A stretch of DNA of 57,292 bases from Minisyncoccota bacterium (GTDB taxonomy: Bacteria; Patescibacteriota; Minisyncoccia; Phycocordibacterales; Phycocordibacteraceae). The DNA lies in contig DASPLI010000001.1 in the NCBI GenBank assembly GCA_035627655.1, positions 464,217-521,508 on the forward strand. Reading direction: 5' to 3'. The position numbers and the translations under genes are program-made. Of the stretch, positions 36,995 through 46,686 are shown piece after piece; position 1 is the first letter of the stretch, and each line of letters opens with the position of its first letter. The notes under the pieces are model-generated. The model made no database searches. It worked only from the letters and a program-made list of their open reading frames with translations, and was not told the origin of the DNA.

Positions 36995-37975
36995 ATGCGT
37001 TACCTACGTCTCCTCCTACCGGCCGTAGTTCTTACGGTTGTTCTCTTTGTGCCAGATGTTGCCTTTGCGGCAAACGCCAACTTCTTCGGTCCGATTATTC
37101 CGGAGGAATGCCATTGCCCAGGCCGTGCTCCTGATTGGGGATGTGTGCTCGTCGTTATCCAAAACGGTTTCAACTTCTTGGTTTCTCTTGGCGTGATCGC
37201 GTTTACGCTCGCGCTTGCGTATGCCGGCTTCCAGTACATGGCAAGTTCAGTAAACGCAGGAAACAAGGAGAAAGCAAAAGAAATGATTCAAAATGTCCTC
37301 ATGGGACTGCTCATCATGCTTTCCGCATGGCTTATGGTCGACTTCGTCATGAAGGTACTCTACAACCCATCGGCAGGCGGTTTTGGCCCGTGGAATAGTA
37401 TCCTTGCGGCGGACGATACGTCGATGTGTCTTGAGATCCATAATCCGCCTGGATTCACTGGTCCTGATACCGAAGGCGAAGGGGAGGGCGAGACGGAAGG
37501 AGAAGGCGAAGGAGAGGGGGAAAGCCAGAACCAGACCGGTACTGGTCCTAACTGCCCCGCCGCAAATCCTTCAAGCGTCGTAGCGTTTCCCGCTGCCGCT
37601 ACGTCAGGTGATACAGAAAAAGCGCTTCCTGAAACGGTAGAGAACTTCATGGAAATGCGCGAAGCTGCTGCAGAAGACGGCATTGATCTCAAAGTCGTAG
37701 ACGGGTATCGTTCCGATGCGGAGCAGGTGCAGCTGTGGAATCAGTACTGCAGTTCAGGAACGTGCAGCCGCCCGGTAGCAAAACCGTGTTCGCTTGGCGG
37801 TACTGGATCGAATCATAACTCCGGTAGAGCTATCGATATCAACGTTGGCTGTCAGAACGGTCAGACCAACTGCAGTACGCCTGCCTATAACTGGCTCAAA
37901 GAAAACGGCATGCGTTGGGGTTTTAGGAATTCGCTTGCGAATGATCCGGTCCACTGGTCTCCGACGGGGCGTTAG
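36995..37975 (+). CDS. VirB2-like pilin fused to M15 (VanY-like) D-Ala-D-Ala peptidase
   Basis: Signal peptide, pilin-type TM pair, EG-repeat linker, GYRS..EQ, SNHNSGRAID, DPVHWS. Confidence 0.8.
   Translation: MRYLRLLLPAVVLTVVLFVPDVAFAANANFFGPIIPEECHCPGRAPDWGCVLVVIQNGFNFLVSLGVIAFTLALAYAGFQYMASSVNAGNKEKAKEMIQNVLMGLLIMLSAWLMVDFVMKVLYNPSAGGFGPWNSILAADDTSMCLEIHNPPGFTGPDTEGEGEGETEGEGEGEGESQNQTGTGPNCPAANPSSVVAFPAAATSGDTEKALPETVENFMEMREAAAEDGIDLKVVDGYRSDAEQVQLWNQYCSSGTCSRPVAKPCSLGGTGSNHNSGRAIDINVGCQNGQTNCSTPAYNWLKENGMRWGFRNSLANDPVHWSPTGR
37472..37522 (+). repeat. Glu-Gly low-complexity linker
   Basis: Encodes EGEGEGETEGEGEGEGE. Confidence 0.85.
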
Positions 37976-38789
37976 ACATTCGGAGCTTCCGAAGCCACGC
38001 TTCCTGGCGTCGCGCATACTGAAAGAGTTGTGATTTGAGTGCGGGAAGAATAGACGCCTCATCCCGTTCGCCGCGCAGGTACTCACCGACAACGCGGTAT
38101 TCAAGTCCAAGCTCGTTGAGACGCTCGTCGCCAACATACTCACGGACCTTCCGTACCTCCTCTATAAGGCCACGAGGAAACTTAAGAGCCTCGCGTTCTG
38201 CAATACGGGTTCGAAGCTCATCTCGGTCAAGGAAAATTGGCATCCATTCAACATCGTATTTCTGCGCTACTGTTCGTTCCGGCACGCTTCCATGTGCTTC
38301 GATAATCTCGAGGGCTCGGATGAGGCGTCGGCGGTTCTTGGGGTCGAGTTCTGCAGCGCGGCGAGGGTCACGTGTTTGGATTTGTGTATACAGCTCTTCC
38401 GTCGTCTTCGTTTCAAGTTCTTCGCGGAGTTTTGGGTTTGGCGCGGTGTCTGTGGGGAGGCCGTTGAGGAGGGCATCAAAATAGAAGTGCGTCCCGCCAA
38501 CCAGGATAGGGAGTTTTCCACGGCTTGATATCTCGTCAATCAGGCGAGTGGCATCCTGTACGAAATCATGGGCGGTATAGACATCTTTTGGGTCTCGGAT
38601 ATCAATAAGGTAGTGGGGAATGCCGACCATCTCTTCCGCAGACATCTTTTCGCTTCCGATATCAAGCATGCGGTACACCTGTCGGGAGTCGACGGAAATA
38701 ACCTCGCCATCTCGCTCTTTAGCCACCGCTACCGCACGAGCGGATTTTCCTGAGGCGGTGGGTCCGACGATGCAGACGATCTTGATCAT
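37923..38789 (-). CDS. miaA: tRNA dimethylallyltransferase
   Basis: IVGPTASGKS, VDSRQVY, VGGTHFY, NRRRLIRALE, YARRQ; start ATG 38789. Confidence 0.95.
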   Translation of the reverse strand: MIKIVCIVGPTASGKSARAVAVAKERDGEVISVDSRQVYRMLDIGSEKMSAEEMVGIPHYLIDIRDPKDVYTAHDFVQDATRLIDEISSRGKLPILVGGTHFYFDALLNGLPTDTAPNPKLREELETKTTEELYTQIQTRDPRRAAELDPKNRRRLIRALEIIEAHGSVPERTVAQKYDVEWMPIFLDRDELRTRIAEREALKFPRGLIEEVRKVREYVGDERLNELGLEYRVVGEYLRGERDEASILPALKSQLFQYARRQEAWLRKLRMSNAPSETSGPDHSQANS

Positions 38790-38848
38790 GCGCTGGATGC
38801 TAGCACAAAACAGAAGAAGCCGCGCACGAATGCGCGGCTTCTGTCGCT

Positions 38849-39328
38849 TTAGAGCGACGCCCAGGCGAACCGGAGCGCCTGCCGATATTTCTTGGTATCG
38901 GCAAGGATCGCTGACTCGTTTGGTTGGAGGTCTGGCGACAGTTTGCTGACCTCGCTTGCAAGCACCGTCCGAATCCCGGTCCGCTCTGCATCGGTAAAGC
39001 CGAGCAGGTCGTCGAGGATGCGGTTGAAGAATGCTTGCGAAGCAATGGGGAGCGTGATCACTGCGCTGCCGTCGTCGCACTGCATGACCAGGTGGCCATG
39101 CGGTCCGGCCGCTTTGCAGTCGAACGCCCAGCTCGAGTCGATTTCGAATTTGCGGGTACACGACGGGCAGAAGCCGGCGTGCAGTCCGAAATCATCATCA
39201 GCCATGAGTTGACGTTGAGTGAGTGAGAGGCCAGCTGCGGGATCTTTCGTATCGACGTAGTACATCCGCGCGCCGTTGAACACGAAGTTCGGATAGTCGA
39301 TGACGAAGGCAGGTGCTTGCAGTCCCAT
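38849..39328 (-). CDS. Hypothetical protein with CxxC/C/H cluster
   Basis: AAGGAGG SD before ATG 39328; CPSC...C...HGH...C. Confidence 0.75.
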   Translation of the reverse strand: MGLQAPAFVIDYPNFVFNGARMYYVDTKDPAAGLSLTQRQLMADDDFGLHAGFCPSCTRKFEIDSSWAFDCKAAGPHGHLVMQCDDGSAVITLPIASQAFFNRILDDLLGFTDAERTGIRTVLASEVSKLSPDLQPNESAILADTKKYRQALRFAWASL

Positions 39329-39439
39329 GATTTCCTCCTTGGGTATCAGGAAGATCTTCTTCCACATTCACTCTTCCATGATTTATGGGATTTGGCAACA
39401 AAAAACCCTCGGGAGCCGGATGCTCCCGAGGGGAAGTTC

Positions 39440-40180
39440 TTACGGGTACGCTCTGGTGAGCGCATCCCAGTTTTCTTTTGCGTTTTCAACCGGAGGGACG
39501 AGTTCCTTTCCTTCTCTTGTGAAGGGGTTCTCTCCTTCTTTCCAGGTCTTGAAGTCGCCGTCGACGTACGAGACGATCTCGAGTCCTTCGAAATCAGCAA
39601 GCTCAGATTTTCCAGTCCGATTGCAGAGCACCAGGAGGAATGGATCATACCTGATGAAGCTGCCGAGCGTTTGCTGTGTCGCGTCCCAGACCTTCCGCAC
39701 GCTCCCGGCGGTGGTGATGGTGTCTTCAACGAAGACGATCCGTTCACCAGGAAGCGGCGGGTTTCGCTTGAAGTGGAACTTGCCAGTTTCTACCAGCTTG
39801 CCATCCTCCACTTCGGTCACTTTCTCGGCAAACGACATGCGCACTTCGCCGCCAAGATTCTTGATGCTGTCGATTGAACGAGCGACTTCGTGCGCAAGCG
39901 TGATGGCGCCCATTGCCGGTCCGATGACTCGCGTCGGGATCGGCAGCGCATCGTTCCGGCGCAGCGTGTATTCGAGCACCAGTTCCTGGACGAGATACGA
40001 GAGGAGTGCTGGTCGTTCAGATAGCACGGCACCGTTGAAGTAGCCGTTTGAGAGAAGTCCGGACCGGAGTCGTACATAGGGACGGTTCTCGTTGCCGTCG
40101 TGGCGCCAGAAGACGCCGTAGCTTTCAAGTTTCTTAGCGCGCTCTTCAGCAGAGCGCAGCCAATGGTTTGTTGGGGGCAT
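39440..40180 (-). CDS. pyrE: Orotate phosphoribosyltransferase-like PRTase
   Basis: LRSGLLSNGYFN, GPAMGAI, VFVEDTITTAGS PRPP motif; hairpin 39406-39432. Confidence 0.75.
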   Translation of the reverse strand: MPPTNHWLRSAEERAKKLESYGVFWRHDGNENRPYVRLRSGLLSNGYFNGAVLSERPALLSYLVQELVLEYTLRRNDALPIPTRVIGPAMGAITLAHEVARSIDSIKNLGGEVRMSFAEKVTEVEDGKLVETGKFHFKRNPPLPGERIVFVEDTITTAGSVRKVWDATQQTLGSFIRYDPFLLVLCNRTGKSELADFEGLEIVSYVDGDFKTWKEGENPFTREGKELVPPVENAKENWDALTRAYP

Positions 40181-40246
40181 GAGGAACTCTCCTTGTTGTG
40201 AGTCCAAAAGCGACTGTAGCGTCTTGCTACAGGGTGGTCAAACAGG

Positions 40247-40330
40247 TGCCGGGAGAGAGACTCGAACTCTCACGCCCTTGCGGGCAACAGGTTTTGAATC
40301 TGTGGCGTCTACCAATTCCGCCATCCCGGC
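40247..40330 (-). tRNA. tRNA-Leu (CAA)
   Basis: GCCGGGA acceptor, anticodon CAA, variable arm. Confidence 0.94.
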
Positions 40331-40390
40331 AATGAATTTATCCTACGTGTTTTTTGAGAGATCGCAACGAAGCGTGCTAAAATCCTGGCA

Positions 40391-41305
40391 ATGCAGGAGC
40401 CAACGAAATACGACTCAGTTTTTTGGATTGAGGTCGACAAGATCGTCCCCAATCCGTACCAGCCACGCCGCGAATTTGATGAGGCAGCCTTGAAGGCGCT
40501 TGGCGAGTCTATCCGTCAATACGGCATTCTTCAGCCGCTCGTCGTTTCTCGAGTCGACGTTGAGCGCTCAGATGGCGGGCTTGGAAGCCAGTACGAACTT
40601 ATTGCTGGCGAACGACGCCTTCGCGCCTCGAAGCTAATTGGCCTCAAGGCGGTGCCTGCGGTCATCAAGGGTGTTGAGAATGATCGCATGAAACTTGAGC
40701 TTGCAATTATCGAGAACCTCCAGCGCGAAGACCTGAATGCTATTGACCGCGCAAAAGCCTTTAAACAGCTCGTGGAGGAGTTTGGACTCTCACACGCGGA
40801 AGTGGGTGCTCGCGTCGGGCGAAGCAGGGAATCAGTCTCTAACTCCATTCGCCTCCTTGCGCTCCCTGAGCATATTCAGCAATCCATGGTCGCTAAGGAA
40901 ATCTCCGAAGGTCATGCTCGAGCACTGCTCATGCTTTCTGATCGTCCGCAGGAACAGGAAACCCTCTTTAAGGAAATCGTTCTCAAGAAGACCTCGGTGC
41001 GCATGGTGGAGCAAATGGTTCGCCGTATCGCGACCGATAAGATCCGCAAGCACGACAAAACGCCCGAGATTATGGAGATTGAGAAGTCCCTTACCGAGAC
41101 ACTCGGCACACGCGTCATTATCGAGAATCGACCGAATGGCGGCCGGCTTCTGATTGAGTTCTTCTCGCCAGAAGATCTATCCCATATTGTTTCTGCACTT
41201 GCTGCTGAGGCAGGAGAAACAAAGCAGGTTGAGGACGAGGCGCCGGTCGCTGACGCGCCGAAGACCGACGAAGATATCTACTCAGTCAAGAACTTTAGCG
41301 TTTAG
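40391..41305 (+). CDS. parB: Chromosome partitioning protein ParB/Spo0J
   Basis: PNPYQPRR, GILQPLVV, IAGERRLRA, IENLQREDL, HTH. Confidence 0.96.
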   Translation: MQEPTKYDSVFWIEVDKIVPNPYQPRREFDEAALKALGESIRQYGILQPLVVSRVDVERSDGGLGSQYELIAGERRLRASKLIGLKAVPAVIKGVENDRMKLELAIIENLQREDLNAIDRAKAFKQLVEEFGLSHAEVGARVGRSRESVSNSIRLLALPEHIQQSMVAKEISEGHARALLMLSDRPQEQETLFKEIVLKKTSVRMVEQMVRRIATDKIRKHDKTPEIMEIEKSLTETLGTRVIIENRPNGGRLLIEFFSPEDLSHIVSALAAEAGETKQVEDEAPVADAPKTDEDIYSVKNFSV

Positions 41306-42929
41306 CTTTTGCTTTGACCGCGCGCTTACGCACCAAGCGACTATCCGGTTTTGGCGGAGTGGTTGGACGGCGCTCAGATACTTCAAGCACTGCGCGAATG
41401 TGTTTTCGTGCGACTGAGGTGCGTGCCATTTCAAGCCATTTCTGGGTCGGATGCGCAGAATCCTTGCGGAGAATCTCAACAATGTCACCGTTTCGAAGCG
41501 CGGTATCAAAAGCCACCATCTTGTTGTTTACGCGGGCGCCTGACATATGGTTTCCAAGATCGCTGTGGATCGCATAGGCAAAGTCGATCGGGGTTGAGTT
41601 GATCGGCAGGTCGATAACGTCTCCTTTGGGAGTAAAGAGGAATACACGGTGCGAGAAGAAATCTTCTTTGAGACTATCGACAAATTCCGAGGACTTCGGG
41701 AGCGTATCGTGCACTTCTGCAAGCTCGGTGAGCCAGCGAGGGGATTCTCCTGCAACGCTCTTCCGGCGCGCACTATCCGGCTCCTGTTTTTTGGAAGAGA
41801 AGTTGAGCAGGGTAGGCACAAGATCGCGAATCCACGAGAATGAAAGCATTTCGAATGCGTTTTTTTGGGCATCTTTCCCAAGCTTTTCGATCCGTTTTCC
41901 AAGCTGCTTGTAGGACATGTGGGAGGCAATACCAAACTGTGCCGCTCGATGCATGGCATCGGTACGTACCTGCATCTCAACAATGCCGGCATCTCCGGTG
42001 AGGACGGTGGTATGGAGCGACTGATAGCCGTTTGGTTTCGGAAAAGCGATATAGTCCTTGAACTCACCCGGCATTGGGCGGAAGCGGGAGTGAATAACGC
42101 CAAGCGTGGTATAGCAGTCGTCGACAGTCTGCACGATGACGCGGAGGGCAGCGATATCGTGAATTTTAGTAATGTCATCATCCTTACGCACCAGCTTTTG
42201 GTGGAGGCTCCAAAGCCCTTTCATCCGGATTTCGGTGCGGAAATCGCGAAGTCCCTTTTTGGCCAGTTCGCGACGAAGGTCTTTCTGCACTTTCATAAGC
42301 CCAACTTCCGTTTCCTTGCTCTTCAGTTTCCGTACTTCGACAGCGTGTGCATACGCATCCGGGTCAATGACGGGGAAGGCAAGATCTTCGAGATCCTTTT
42401 TCATACGTCCCATTCCGAGACGATCTGCAAGCGGTGCGTAGATCTCCAGCGTTTCAAGCGCAATGCGCTTCTGCTTCTCCTTTGGCACGTGCTCGATCGT
42501 GGTCATGTTATGGAAACGATCGGCAAGTTTGATGATCAGTACGCGCACGTCCTCAGACGTTGCTACCAATAGGCGGCGCAGGGATTCAGCATGGCGTTCA
42601 GCGCCCCGGTATTTATGTTTTCCAAGCTTGGTAACACCCTCGACGAGAAAGAGAACGTCGGCACCGAATTCTTTCTTGATCTCTTCAGCGGTCGCTTTGC
42701 CATCTTCTATGGCGTCATGAAGCAGGCCGGCGGCAACGGTTGCGGCGTCCATGCCAAGCGTAGCGAGGATCTTTGCCGCTGCAGCTGGATGGACGAAATA
42801 GGGTTCGCCCGAGTAGCGGACATCAGTCTTGTGAGCTGTCTCAGCGAACGTATACGCTTTGGTAACAAGCGCGATATCCGCGGGTGACGGATTGCGCATC
42901 TGTGCAAGGATGTCCTTGACGGACGTCAT
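41295..42929 (-). CDS. rel: RelA/SpoT homolog (HD + synthetase + TGS)
   Basis: LHDAIED, KLADRFHNM, KDYIAFPKPNGYQSLHT, EMQVRT, FTPKG/DFAYAIHS TGS. Confidence 0.92.
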   Translation of the reverse strand: MTSVKDILAQMRNPSPADIALVTKAYTFAETAHKTDVRYSGEPYFVHPAAAAKILATLGMDAATVAAGLLHDAIEDGKATAEEIKKEFGADVLFLVEGVTKLGKHKYRGAERHAESLRRLLVATSEDVRVLIIKLADRFHNMTTIEHVPKEKQKRIALETLEIYAPLADRLGMGRMKKDLEDLAFPVIDPDAYAHAVEVRKLKSKETEVGLMKVQKDLRRELAKKGLRDFRTEIRMKGLWSLHQKLVRKDDDITKIHDIAALRVIVQTVDDCYTTLGVIHSRFRPMPGEFKDYIAFPKPNGYQSLHTTVLTGDAGIVEMQVRTDAMHRAAQFGIASHMSYKQLGKRIEKLGKDAQKNAFEMLSFSWIRDLVPTLLNFSSKKQEPDSARRKSVAGESPRWLTELAEVHDTLPKSSEFVDSLKEDFFSHRVFLFTPKGDVIDLPINSTPIDFAYAIHSDLGNHMSGARVNNKMVAFDTALRNGDIVEILRKDSAHPTQKWLEMARTSVARKHIRAVLEVSERRPTTPPKPDSRLVRKRAVKAKAKR

Positions 42930-42990
42930 AGCAGGAAGCATACTTTAATCTTCGCTCTTTTCAAAACCGGTTCAACAAGGGAGCCGAATT

Positions 42991-43254
42991 ATGGCTGACG
43001 ACTATCTGCCACCGTTTATTTGCATGCAGTGCAATACGGGGCACCATGATCCGCGCAAAATCACCGTCTGCAGTCATTGCGGCGGAGAAAATACCATCAA
43101 AGTTCGTACTGCTGCAACGGCATTACGTGCGGTTGCCAGTGCAGTGCACGACGTGCATCGCACTGTCGACAGCGACGACTTTGAAGGGTTCAAAAGCGCA
43201 CGGATTCGTCTTGATGAAGCGAGCCAAAGACTCAAACCGCCTAGCAGACGCTAG
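42991..43254 (+). CDS. Zinc-ribbon small protein
   Basis: CMQC...CSHCG, SD, hairpin 43235-43260. Confidence 0.7.
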   Translation: MADDYLPPFICMQCNTGHHDPRKITVCSHCGGENTIKVRTAATALRAVASAVHDVHRTVDSDDFEGFKSARIRLDEASQRLKPPSRR

Positions 43255-43265
43255 GCGGTTCTGTC

Positions 43266-45641
43266 TTACATGAGGTAGCCAGCTGCCTCGTCTGCGGTCA
43301 GCTCGTCGACATTCACGGTGTCGGGTAGGTAGATACGGCGAAGGCCTTTCTTGAGGAAATATCCCTGCTTTGATTTATAGAGCGTCAGCGCTTTACCCGT
43401 TTTCGGGTGCTTGCCGAGTTCTTTCGCGATGGTTGCGCCCTTGGGAGCTGCCTTAGGAGTATTGAGAAGCGTCATAGCCTCGTCAAAAGTGATGGTATAG
43501 GGATCTCCCTTCTTGATTGATCGGAATTCGCCATTGTGTGCGACATACGGACCGAAGCGACCAGTGTTCGCAAGAACTGGTTCCCCGGTCTCTGGATGCT
43601 TGCCAAGCTCACGCGGAAGGGAAAGATACTTGACCGCATCCTCAAGCGTTACGGCGTCTAGCTTCATGTCAGCTGGAATAGAGGCGCGTCGTGCGTTTAC
43701 CACCTTTTTCTTTGCTTTTTTCTTTGTCTTCTTCTTTGGTTCTTCTGCGGCCTCTGCCTCGGGCTGTTCTGGAAGCGGCATTTCTACATACGGTCCGTAG
43801 CGTCCAGTGCGGATAAAGATAGGAAGACCAGTTTCTGGGTGGTTACCAAGCGGCTCGTCCCCTTTTACTTCTGCGCCATCTTCCTGGCGTGCGCCGGTAC
43901 AGTCAGGGAAGCGCGTGCAGCTCATAAAGACACCGCCACGGCCAAGTTTGTATTCCATCTCGCTCCCGCAGACGGGGCAGGGAAACTCCTTCGGCACTTT
44001 CCCAAGAGAGGTTGCTTTCGGAAGATCTTCTTTGCCTTTAACCGCAGCCTGAAACGGCGTGTAGAAGTCGCGCATGGTTTTTTCGTACTCACGCTCGCCG
44101 CGGGCAATGTCATCAAGCTCATCCTCCATTTCTGCGGTAAATGAGTCACTAATATAGGAAGGGAAATGCTCTTCGAGCCAGCCAGATACGACCATGCCGG
44201 TTGCGGTTGGCATAAGTGTGCGGCCTTGCTTCTCCACATAGCCGCGGTCCTGAATGGTCTTCATAATAGAGGCGTAGGTTGATGGTCGACCGATACCCCG
44301 CTTCTCAAGCTCCTTAATAAGGCCGGCTTCGGTATAGCGGTTTGGCGGCTCGGTTTGCTTCTCAAGCGAGTCAAGCGATAGTAGTTCCACTGGCTCCCCA
44401 TCCTTTACCTTCGGCAGTTCTGTATCCTCCCCGCGGGCGCGCGTATCGCAGGCAAGCCAGCCAGGGAAGATAACGCGAGAACCCGTCGCAGCGAATGCGG
44501 GAATATCCGTGTCTGTCGCAGTCTCGATTCTGGTGCGGAGCAACTTGGCACTCTTCATTTGGGAGGCAAGTGCGCGAGTGCGAATGAGATCATATAGCGC
44601 GATTTCGTCCGCGGTGTTGCCAGCCTTCGCCTTTGCAGGGTTGGTTGGGCGGACGGCCTCGTGTGCTTCCTGCGCGTTTTTGCTCTTGGTTTTATAGGTA
44701 CGGATTTGCGCGTAGTCGCTGCCGTATTCCTTTTCAACGGTAGCAAGAAGCTTGCCGACCGCTTCCTTGGCAAGGTTTACGGAGTCGGTACGCATGTAGG
44801 TAATATGTCCGGCTTCGTAGAGCTTCTGTGCGGCACGCATCGTGCGAGACGGCGCAAAGCCAAGGCGCGTTGACGCTGCCTGCTGCATGGTTGAGGTGGT
44901 GAACGGCGGACGTGGCGCTCGCTCCTCGTCTTTCTCGGTTACTGACGCGATTCTCCATGCTGCCTTGTTGCCCGCATCAAGGATGCGTTTTGCCTCGGTT
45001 GCGTCTTTGGGCTGTTCAACGCAAGTAGTGGTAAACTCTCCGTTCTTTGCTTTCAATTTTGCTTCCAGTACGAAATATGTTTCAGGAACAAACGCTTTGA
45101 TCTCGCGTTCGCGCTCGGCAAGAATGCGGAGGGCAGGAGACTGCACGCGTCCTGCGGAGAGGCCATAGCGAACCTTCTTCCAGATAAGGCCGGAGAGGTC
45201 GTAGCCGACCAGGCGGTCAAGCACGCGTCGAGCTTCCTGGGCAGCTCTCAGATGCTCGTCAATAGCACGCGGATGTGTAAGTGCTTCTTCAACTGCGTCC
45301 TTGGTGATCTCATGAAATACAACGCGCTTGGGGTTCTCCAGATCGGCCGCTTCCTTAATATGCCAGGCGATAGCCTCTCCTTCGCGGTCGGGGTCGGTTG
45401 CAAGAAAGACCTCGGATGCGCGGTCGGCAGCCTTCTTGATCTTCGCGATCACCTCCTTCTTTTCGCTGGAAACGACATAGCGCGGCACAAAGCCGCCCTC
45501 GATGTCGACGGCGTCCTTATTGGATTTCGGAAGATCGCGAATATGCCCGACTGAGGCCAGGACTTCATACTCGCTCCCGAGATAATGTTGAATCGTTCGC
45601 GCTTTGGCGGGAGACTCAACGATGAGTAGCTTCTTGCTCAC
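43266..45641 (-). CDS. topA: DNA topoisomerase I
   Basis: IVESPAKA, ATDPDREGE, SAGRVQ, ITYMRTDS, one Zn ribbon, C-terminal GRYGPY repeats. Confidence 0.97.
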   Translation of the reverse strand: MSKKLLIVESPAKARTIQHYLGSEYEVLASVGHIRDLPKSNKDAVDIEGGFVPRYVVSSEKKEVIAKIKKAADRASEVFLATDPDREGEAIAWHIKEAADLENPKRVVFHEITKDAVEEALTHPRAIDEHLRAAQEARRVLDRLVGYDLSGLIWKKVRYGLSAGRVQSPALRILAEREREIKAFVPETYFVLEAKLKAKNGEFTTTCVEQPKDATEAKRILDAGNKAAWRIASVTEKDEERAPRPPFTTSTMQQAASTRLGFAPSRTMRAAQKLYEAGHITYMRTDSVNLAKEAVGKLLATVEKEYGSDYAQIRTYKTKSKNAQEAHEAVRPTNPAKAKAGNTADEIALYDLIRTRALASQMKSAKLLRTRIETATDTDIPAFAATGSRVIFPGWLACDTRARGEDTELPKVKDGEPVELLSLDSLEKQTEPPNRYTEAGLIKELEKRGIGRPSTYASIMKTIQDRGYVEKQGRTLMPTATGMVVSGWLEEHFPSYISDSFTAEMEDELDDIARGEREYEKTMRDFYTPFQAAVKGKEDLPKATSLGKVPKEFPCPVCGSEMEYKLGRGGVFMSCTRFPDCTGARQEDGAEVKGDEPLGNHPETGLPIFIRTGRYGPYVEMPLPEQPEAEAAEEPKKKTKKKAKKKVVNARRASIPADMKLDAVTLEDAVKYLSLPRELGKHPETGEPVLANTGRFGPYVAHNGEFRSIKKGDPYTITFDEAMTLLNTPKAAPKGATIAKELGKHPKTGKALTLYKSKQGYFLKKGLRRIYLPDTVNVDELTADEAAGYLM

Positions 45642-45771
45642 GAAGTAACTGATAGCGCGCTCCTCTATATATTGTCAAATTATAGTGAGCGGAAGATGAA
45701 TGATATTTCTTCCTTTTTTGGATAGAAAAAGCGGCGTGGGTTGGTTACCACGCCGCCTCATCGAGCGATCG

Positions 45772-46059
45772 TTATTCGCACGAACGACGATTGATGACAT
45801 CGTCCGCGCGCTGCCGCAGATCGTCCGGCAGGGCCCGCCAGCTTTCCGGATGCGCCTCGCGCGTGCGCGCGAGATTCTGCCGGATTTGTGCGCGGTGGCG
45901 CAGAGAAAGCGCCCGACGTGGTCCCGGCGGTGAGCAGTATTGGTCGAGGGTGAGCTCGACCGTTGCCCGATTGACCGGAGCCGACGTGTCCGCACAGGCG
46001 AGGGTAGGAAGGGACAAAGCTGCTGCCAGGGCGGCAGCGGCCAATGCACGAATTTTCAT
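45772..46059 (-). CDS. Small secreted protein
   Basis: AGGAG SD, Ala-rich signal peptide, two Cys in mature part. Confidence 0.7.
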   Translation of the reverse strand: MKIRALAAAALAAALSLPTLACADTSAPVNRATVELTLDQYCSPPGPRRALSLRHRAQIRQNLARTREAHPESWRALPDDLRQRADDVINRRSCE

Positions 46060-46195
46060 GCTTCTCTCCTGCGACCCTATGTCGCCTTATAACTATACAT
46101 ATAAAGGCTAGATACGTCAAGTTTTGGCTTGTATCTTGACAATATGAATATATGCAGATATGGTTTGCGACGGTTCAAACAGAGGAGGAACCAAC

Positions 46196-46561
46196 GTGAG
46201 TGTATCTTTCACGGCTAACGAGTTGCGGGCATGGTTGCGGTACCATCTCGGCTTGGCGCGGCTTGCTATCGAAGCTTATCCCAATAAGCACGATCCATTC
46301 CTCGCCCTCGATTCTCTGAGCCGAGAGCTCTACCGGACGCTTGAAGAAAACAGGCGTCTGCGGTATCTCCCGGATCACATCGATGACGCGATGAATGTCA
46401 TGAATAATGGCTATCGTCCCGGCATCTACCGCAAAACTATCAATACCTGGCAGCGTCTCCGCGACCTCTTTGTTGAGACACCGGACCTGTTTGAGAAGTA
46501 TGGAATCGCTTCGCAAGAAGAGATCCAAAAGCTTCGCAAGCAGATGCGTTTGCCTGATTGA
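46196..46561 (+). CDS. Hypothetical helical protein
   Basis: GAGGAGG SD before GTG 46196; TTGACA-N17-TATGGT upstream; 15 bp hairpin 46572-46607. Confidence 0.75.
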   Translation: MSVSFTANELRAWLRYHLGLARLAIEAYPNKHDPFLALDSLSRELYRTLEENRRLRYLPDHIDDAMNVMNNGYRPGIYRKTINTWQRLRDLFVETPDLFEKYGIASQEEIQKLRKQMRLPD

Positions 46562-46686
46562 TAGAACAGGGCTTGCATTCCCGCTCTTTCGGGAGCGGGA
46601 ATGCAAGATCCTCTTGAGGATCATCTGTATCCTCGTACATGAAGAGGATTATGTTCATTTATCGAGGCCCCGCACGCTGCGGGGCC

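Noticed and set aside
37472-37522. Repeat array or CRISPR
   Set aside because: In-frame Glu-Gly linker; no repeat-spacer array or cas genes anywhere in the window
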